In this document: piece after piece, positions 7,667-13,453 of the stretch
Layout: each line of letters opens with the position of its first letter
Position numbering within the stretch: position 1 is the first letter of the stretch
DNA from: Promethearchaeota archaeon
GTDB lineage: Archaea; Asgardarchaeota; Lokiarchaeia; Sigyniarchaeales; SOKP01
Direction: 5' to 3'
NCBI GenBank assembly: GCA_011364925.1
Contig: RDOA01000068.1
Span: 1 to 13,453 of the forward strand
DNA length: 13,453 bases
The notes under the pieces: model-generated
Seen by the model: only the letters and a program-made list of their open reading frames with translations
Told to the model about the DNA's origin: nothing
The model's database searches: none
Translations under genes and position numbers: made by a program

Positions 7667-9268
7667 TTAATTCAAAGTTTTTATCACATATAAGGGCCAT
7701 TTCTTTAGAATCCCTTTAGCGATTTTACCAGTTCTAACTCTATTTGTCATAACTGGTCTATCTTTTATGAAATCGACTGGTTTATCAGATATAAATTCCA
7801 AATCTATTGGGGCATTATCTTTAAATAGTCCTCTGATACAATTTGAAATTTCTTCGTAATCTGAAGGGGGACTAGGCAAGAAGAGCTTACTTATTTTGGT
7901 ATTATCTTCTTCCAATACTAATAAAAGAGAATCAGTGAAGTTAGGATATATTTTATTTATGCATCCTATGAGATCTCGAGGTTGCTGAAATTCAAAACTG
8001 GCTAAATCGAAATAATCTCCAACCAAAATTTCATATCGTTGAGGTAGATTTATCTCTTGAGATAATCTTATAGGATATTTTAATGTAAAACTACTTCTTA
8101 AAATTTTTCCATCTATAAGAGGTAAAGTTTCTTGAGATTTGATATTGATAACATCTCCAATGTCGATATTAAGAATTGGTTTATTATCTTCCATTTTGGA
8201 GACCAATAGCTTTCCAATTGTATTTTTAGAATTGGAAATTATACTTTTTTTGTCTTTATTCTCTAAAACTGGTAATGAGAGAGGTAGTACATACATTTGA
8301 TTTGAACGCGAAGTTTGAAAATTACCCAAACTCGATGCTATCGGTCCCACTTCTGAAGCTACATATAAATTAGTGAATCTTTCAAATCCTTTTTTCCATT
8401 TCATAAATCTTCTGATTAGTACCCAATCATTTTCTGAAAGAGAACTGATACTAAATACAATTGTAGCGTTTCGCAACTTTTCAGACAGTATTTGCTGTAT
8501 TTTTCTTGTAGCAGCAGTTATACCATTGTTCTTAATTATTTTTAATAATCCTTCTAATTGAGGATTACTTACAGATTTCAAAGATTTAACAGAGTTCTTT
8601 ATTCCTTCCTTAAATCTGTCGAAATCAGCCCATTTTAAAATTGTGACTGCTGGGGCAGAGATAACTGCTATATCCTCCAAATTTAATATGTTTGAGATGA
8701 CTTCTATATTTGTAGCGTTCTTGTATTCAAAGAATGAATAAGAATATGGTTTAATTATTGCTAGCATTATTCTTTGTGAAAACTCTGATGAATAGAAAGA
8801 TATGAATCTTGTCCCATTTACTTCATTAAAACCATCAATCTCTAATCTTGAGGGAACGAAAATAATTACAGAGTTCTTTTTATTCAAGCCACTTGATTCA
8901 AATATTGCTTGCATTCCAGGAGCCCAATATCTTCTTACATTTGATAGAGACATTCTATACCACTTTAAGGCGGATGTTCTGCTATCTGTAGTTCCTGAAG
9001 TGTGACAGAAAATCACCGGTCCGTCTTTATGTGGTTGCTTGATTTCGTTTTCTAAATCGATGGAAAAACTTCTGGAGTTAGTTTTTTCCTTTTGTATTCT
9101 TGTATAAAGATCGTCGACAACATAGAGCCCGGAATTATTTAGAATGTAATTTAAAAACTCCTGTTTCGAATTAATATCTAACCAATTGTTCCATTTAGTA
9201 ATTGAAAGATCGGAATATAGGTCATTAATTATTTTCTGGGTTTTAAGATCAAGATCAAACGAACTCAT
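7667..9268 (-). CDS. GH3-like / ANL-superfamily adenylate-forming enzyme
   Basis: P-loop FCHTSGTT...LK, motif NLYVASEVG (YxxSE), NIDIGDVI (GD motif), and a C-terminal K-K-W-P. ORF track starts at TTG 9277; the ATG at 9268 is more likely. Confidence 0.7.
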   Translation of the reverse strand: MSSFDLDLKTQKIINDLYSDLSITKWNNWLDINSKQEFLNYILNNSGLYVVDDLYTRIQKEKTNSRSFSIDLENEIKQPHKDGPVIFCHTSGTTDSRTSALKWYRMSLSNVRRYWAPGMQAIFESSGLNKKNSVIIFVPSRLEIDGFNEVNGTRFISFYSSEFSQRIMLAIIKPYSYSFFEYKNATNIEVISNILNLEDIAVISAPAVTILKWADFDRFKEGIKNSVKSLKSVSNPQLEGLLKIIKNNGITAATRKIQQILSEKLRNATIVFSISSLSENDWVLIRRFMKWKKGFERFTNLYVASEVGPIASSLGNFQTSRSNQMYVLPLSLPVLENKDKKSIISNSKNTIGKLLVSKMEDNKPILNIDIGDVINIKSQETLPLIDGKILRSSFTLKYPIRLSQEINLPQRYEILVGDYFDLASFEFQQPRDLIGCINKIYPNFTDSLLLVLEEDNTKISKLFLPSPPSDYEEISNCIRGLFKDNAPIDLEFISDKPVDFIKDRPVMTNRVRTGKIAKGILKKWPLYVIKTLN

Positions 9269-9323
9269 CTTAGACAATAATAAAAAATAAAAATAATATT
9301 AATTAAATTAACTTCTTTAGCAT

Positions 9324-9854
9324 TTAAATAATTCCATACATTCCACTTTCAGGGTCTAAGAAAATTGGGAGGTTGGGGGGGAAAAAAGTGAACACAAAAA
9401 ACAGCACGGCGATTAAAATGAATATAACCCAAGAACTATAAGTTGCCCATTTAGGTTTTTCCGCCAAAGATAATACTTTTGCACTTACATATTGGCCAAT
9501 AAAAACACCAATGATAAAGCTTAGAATATCAATTACGAGAATTTCAGTTCCTAATATGGCTGTATAAGTATAAAAAGTTATTAGAATAACAGCAAAATCG
9601 ATTAATACTGCTAAAGTTTTAGCAATGATCATATTATTTGAATTCTCTCTAATAAATTTTAATTCAATTAAGCTATAGATTACTAGAGGCCAATAGGGTA
9701 ACTTTAAGTGTTCCCATACGCTTTCGTTCACAGGAAAGAAACCTCCTATCGGAGGAAAACTCCCTAACCACTCAAATATAAAATGGAATAATGCTCCAAT
9801 AATGCTGATAAAAATTGCGCCAAAAATTTCCCATTTTAAAATTTTTTTATCCAT
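9324..9854 (-). CDS. DUF6512-like membrane protein (about 5 TM)
   Basis: Motifs 'GALFHFIFEW' and 'PVNESVWEHLKL', and C-terminal 'FTFFPPNLPIFLDP', match my recollection of the DUF6512 family. Confidence 0.8.
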   Translation of the reverse strand: MDKKILKWEIFGAIFISIIGALFHFIFEWLGSFPPIGGFFPVNESVWEHLKLPYWPLVIYSLIELKFIRENSNNMIIAKTLAVLIDFAVILITFYTYTAILGTEILVIDILSFIIGVFIGQYVSAKVLSLAEKPKWATYSSWVIFILIAVLFFVFTFFPPNLPIFLDPESGMYGII

Positions 9855-10195
9855 AATACTTCACATAACAATTAGTTCTTGAAATAAAGTCAGAAATTTA
9901 TTGATTTTGTTTATGTAATATTATTAAAATAGGAGTGTTCTAATTTACTTTAAAGGTGAATTACAGCATTTTTTTATCATTTAAAATTTATTGATGAGTG
10001 ATAGAGGTTTTATCGAGAATAGTTGTTTTAACGAATGAAAGTGGTCGGAGAATCTAGTTCTGATATATTATGAACCTGTTGAATAATAACAAAATATTGA
10101 AAAAATATACAATTATGTATGAAAGACTCAATATTATTCAATATTTAAATAAAACTTTATCAAAGATATATATTAATTAAATCATCCATAAAGAA

Positions 10196-11383
10196 GTGGT
10201 TGAAATTCGTTTTATATATCATATTATCATCTCGATTCTGTTAATAATAGTTGTGCCTATCCTACAAATATGGTTGTTATGGGAAATTCGTGGTGTAACG
10301 GAAATCTACACCTCAATTGGTTTTTATTCGTACTTAATTCAACCTTTTGTATCTACATTTATGATGGTTCTCCTTTATTTAGGTAGCATCAAATTAGAAA
10401 GAGATAAAAGGGGATTTAAAAGAATGAAGCTACTAAGGATTTATAGCATTGTACTCATCATAAGCCAACCCTTTATAAACTATTTCTATTCTTTCCCTCC
10501 CTTATTTCTTTATGGATTCATAATTTCTCAACTTGCCTCACTTACGGGTTATTTAGCGTTCTTCTTAGCTGGGATAAGCAATAGAGTCCAATATGGAAAT
10601 TATTTAGTATCAGGGGCTCTTCTCTCTATAACAAGTGGAATCACCAACGCGGTAAATTTTTTGATAGGGGGAATTGATGTTGTATTCGGTCTTCAATATG
10701 CGAGCTTTTTTACCTCTGCGATGTTCTTAACAGGAATGCTAGGTGTTACATACATCCTATTTTTTGGTTTGAGGATAGGAAGTAAATATCTGGTTTTGTA
10801 TAGCATTCTTTCTCTTATCCTCAGCTTTTACTTGTTTATATTAACGCCCTTCGCGGTTTTACTGATTGTATACGTTCCAGTCGTTTTTGGAATATTAATT
10901 TCAAGCAAATTCTTCGAACTAGGAAAACGGTTTAGAAAGGGATTTCGTGTTTTCATTACTCACGCCGTTGATGATTTTAAACGCTACAGAATTGATGACC
11001 TTGCGAAATTTTTGGAAGCTCAAAAAGAAATAGGTCGAGTCTTTTACTGTGAGACCGATCTTATCGGTAATATAGACCAATGGATGAATAAAATGGTCCC
11101 ACGGTGTCAGTTACTGATCTTTTTCTCTACTGAGAATTCAATCGATTCGCGCGACTGTACCACTGAATTAACTCTTGCTCGCGAACACAATCTCCTTATT
11201 ATACCGATATTGGGAGTTGGATTGGATTGGGAGGCCCTTAGAAAATTAGATTTGGACAGAGAACTAGGTTCTGTATACGATCCAATGGAATTTGAGACCT
11301 TTTGTACTGAAGTTTACCAAAACGTACTAAAATATAAGCAATCTGTAGCAACCGAAATCCCTGAAAAGAAAAAAAGGAAATAG
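10196..11383 (+). CDS. multi-TM (about 7-8 helices) protein with a C-terminal TIR domain
   Basis: Residues 1-240 are hydrophobic. From about residue 249 the TIR_2-type motifs appear: VFITHAVDD, VFYCETDL, LLIFFSTENSIDSRDCTTEL and IIPI. Confidence 0.88.
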   Translation: MVEIRFIYHIIISILLIIVVPILQIWLLWEIRGVTEIYTSIGFYSYLIQPFVSTFMMVLLYLGSIKLERDKRGFKRMKLLRIYSIVLIISQPFINYFYSFPPLFLYGFIISQLASLTGYLAFFLAGISNRVQYGNYLVSGALLSITSGITNAVNFLIGGIDVVFGLQYASFFTSAMFLTGMLGVTYILFFGLRIGSKYLVLYSILSLILSFYLFILTPFAVLLIVYVPVVFGILISSKFFELGKRFRKGFRVFITHAVDDFKRYRIDDLAKFLEAQKEIGRVFYCETDLIGNIDQWMNKMVPRCQLLIFFSTENSIDSRDCTTELTLAREHNLLIIPILGVGLDWEALRKLDLDRELGSVYDPMEFETFCTEVYQNVLKYKQSVATEIPEKKKRK

Positions 11384-11448
11384 ACTTTACAAAAATGTGG
11401 GAGATTTTAATCCTTATTAAGAAGACTCTTATTAATTTTTTTTACTCT

Positions 11449-12249
11449 TTAAAATTTAGTTTTTTTCTGAAATATTATGACACCTAGAAATATAAAAACA
11501 GTCGTATACCCAAGAACGATTAATAAACCGCCCCATATGGGGATTGGAATGAGTTTAGCACTTGAACCTATAAATGTGCTGCTATATAAATTATTATTCA
11601 ACCCATCACCGAAAATAGTCAATTGAAGATAAATCTGTTTAGCCCAATAGGGTGGAGTGAAATAAACGATGGGACTTTCAAATGGTACCAAACTACCAGA
11701 AAGAAAAATCAATATCATGAACACGACTAACGAAAATGCATTAGCTACTTGAACATTTTTAGACATACTTGCTATTATTATGCCTAATCCTACAGAAGAA
11801 ATTCCAAATAACATCGCTACTAAGAACCCAAAGAATAACTCTAATAATCCTTTGAAATATAGACCTAAGATAACATACCCCATCAAAAACATAATAACTA
11901 TTTGAAACATCAAAAACAGTGATTCAGAGATGAGCGCTCCTAAAAATATATTTTTCCGCCCAGTGGGCATTGTATCTAAACGAGTTAACATACCTGAATT
12001 TCTTTCTCCCGCAAAAGAGATAGCTGCATTCATCGTTCCTAACCCAATTGCGTACATTATCATTCCAGAAAATCCAAAATCAAAATATGTAAATCCAGAC
12101 GGGGTTTCCTCTATACCAAATATAAAGTAGAACATTATGGTAAACATAATCGGAAAGCCAAGTGAAAAAAATATATATTGCCAATGACGCATTTTATCTT
12201 TTACATTTTTTATCGCTATGAGAATTGCTTTATTTCTTAGAATTTTCAA
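11449..12249 (-). CDS. ABC-2 type exporter permease
   Basis: About 6 TM helices, 'ERNSGMLTRLDTMPTGR', and 'FLSGSLVP'. TTG start lies 1 nt from the ATPase stop. Confidence 0.93.
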   Translation of the reverse strand: MKILRNKAILIAIKNVKDKMRHWQYIFFSLGFPIMFTIMFYFIFGIEETPSGFTYFDFGFSGMIMYAIGLGTMNAAISFAGERNSGMLTRLDTMPTGRKNIFLGALISESLFLMFQIVIMFLMGYVILGLYFKGLLELFFGFLVAMLFGISSVGLGIIIASMSKNVQVANAFSLVVFMILIFLSGSLVPFESPIVYFTPPYWAKQIYLQLTIFGDGLNNNLYSSTFIGSSAKLIPIPIWGGLLIVLGYTTVFIFLGVIIFQKKTKF

Positions 12250-12250
12250 T

Positions 12251-13222
12251 CTAATCTCGTAACCTCCTACCAGTTAAATTTAAAAATACATCTTCAAGCG
12301 AATTTTGTCTAAATTTCAGATCTTCGACATTGTCTATACTTCCAGTGAATCCTTGCTGTATAATGCTGATGAGATTTTTCAAACCTCCGTAAAATGAAAT
12401 TAATAAAGATTTATTTCCATCTTTATCGATTTCTTTCCAATGAGTAATAAACGAAATTTTTGCTATTTTTTCCTTTACGAGTTCTAAATGCTCTTGCTCA
12501 AAAAAAGATATTTCTAACACATTATCACTACCATACATTTCTTTTAATTCGGTCGGTGTTCCTTGCGCAATTATTTTTCCTTGGTCTATGATTGCAATAC
12601 GATCACTTAGTAACTCAGCTTCGACCATATCGTGCGTCATTAAAATGATCGTAGTATCTTTCCTCTTCAAATCACCAATAAAATCCCATACGAGCCGTCT
12701 TGCTTGAGGATCAAGCCCCGCAGTGGGTTCATCGAGAAATAAGATTTCGGGTTCGAATACTAAAGCCATCGCAAGATTTAAACGCCGTTGCATACCACCG
12801 GAAAAATGCTTGGACCAATCTTTCCTTCCTGCTATTCCAAATTCACCCAGTATTTTTTTAGTTTTTTCTCTTGCGTCTTTCTTTGACATTCCATGCATGC
12901 TGGCAACAAATTCAACGTTTTCTTCTGCTCTTAAAATGTCATAAATCGTAATATCTTGCGGACACACCCCAATTATTCTAACGATGTCATCTTTATTTTT
13001 TAAGATACTAAAGCCTTTTATTGTCGCATCTCCAGATGTTGGAGTTAAGATTGTTGTCAACATCCGTGTTAAGGTCGTTTTTCCTGCTCCATTGGGCCCA
13101 AGAATACTAAATAGTTCTCCTTTTCTAATATTTAACGAAATTCCGTCAACAGCATTAACTTCCTTAAAATGCTTTTTGAGATTTTTAATTTCTATAATGA
13201 CCGAATTGTCATCTGAGCTCAT
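12251..13222 (-). CDS. ABC transporter ATP-binding protein (DrrA/CcmA-like)
   Basis: Walker A GPNGAGKT, Q-loop VCPQ, signature FSGGM, Walker B ILFLDEPT, H-loop MTHD, and C-terminal SLEDVFLNLTG. Confidence 0.97.
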   Translation of the reverse strand: MSSDDNSVIIEIKNLKKHFKEVNAVDGISLNIRKGELFSILGPNGAGKTTLTRMLTTILTPTSGDATIKGFSILKNKDDIVRIIGVCPQDITIYDILRAEENVEFVASMHGMSKKDAREKTKKILGEFGIAGRKDWSKHFSGGMQRRLNLAMALVFEPEILFLDEPTAGLDPQARRLVWDFIGDLKRKDTTIILMTHDMVEAELLSDRIAIIDQGKIIAQGTPTELKEMYGSDNVLEISFFEQEHLELVKEKIAKISFITHWKEIDKDGNKSLLISFYGGLKNLISIIQQGFTGSIDNVEDLKFRQNSLEDVFLNLTGRRLRD

Positions 13223-13453
13223 AAGCTATCTTTCACACAATTTTCAGTTTTTCTCTATTTATAGAATTTCTAATTCGTATAAAAAATAAGTGGAGTCCAA
13301 ATTTAATCCTTTCTATAGGAGAAAGGCATTTCTAATTAATTATACAAAAAAACTAGTCATTTTTCTCATGTAAAACATGCTTGTTTTTTAATCCATAGAG
13401 AATTACACTTACAATTCCTATTAAAAAGAAGATTAAACTTCCACTTCCAACAC

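Noticed and set aside
9855-10195. ncRNA or small ORF in the long intergenic spacer
   Set aside because: Very AT-rich with no GC-rich stems and only ORFs of about 15 codons; consistent with divergent promoters.
10196-11383. Calling the TIR gene part of a Thoeris or CBASS system
   Set aside because: No SIR2/Macro/SLOG effector, cyclase or nucleotide-sensing domain is encoded in the window.
2014-13289. Short ORFs 2014-2199, 4933-5118, 4976-5233, 6395-6583, 7231-7425, 8373-8561, 8802-9005, 11930-12130, 12723-12944 and 12984-13289
   Set aside because: All are antisense or alternate-frame shadows overlapping better-supported genes.

Overview
AT-rich, gene-dense window with archaeal-style signals: TATA-like boxes about 25-35 nt before several starts, oligo-T tracts after stops, and an Hsp20 of archaeal type. 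The gene repertoire (membrane-anchored TIR, several zinc-ribbon membrane proteins, a sequon-rich surface protein) suggests an Asgard archaeon of the Lokiarchaeia type, which is inference only. In order: the 3' end of a membrane-protein gene; three closely spaced ORFans, one missed by the ORF track and one with an internal 57-bp duplication; a polytopic membrane protein; a DUF4424-like surface glycoprotein; a hypothetical protein; Hsp20; a small acidic protein; a Zn-ribbon/Pro-rich/DUF4190-like membrane protein; an unannotated 56-aa zinc finger; an SPFH (stomatin/slipin) gene followed by an atypical HPS/OMPDC-fold gene; a TM/Zn-ribbon protein; a GH3/ANL-like ligase; a DUF6512-like membrane protein; a multi-TM TIR-domain protein; and an ABC-2 exporter pair. 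I saw no rRNA, tRNA, CRISPR array, transposase or integrase. The best candidates for new biology are the SPFH plus altered HPS-like operon and the multi-TM TIR protein set divergently from a GH3-like ligase.
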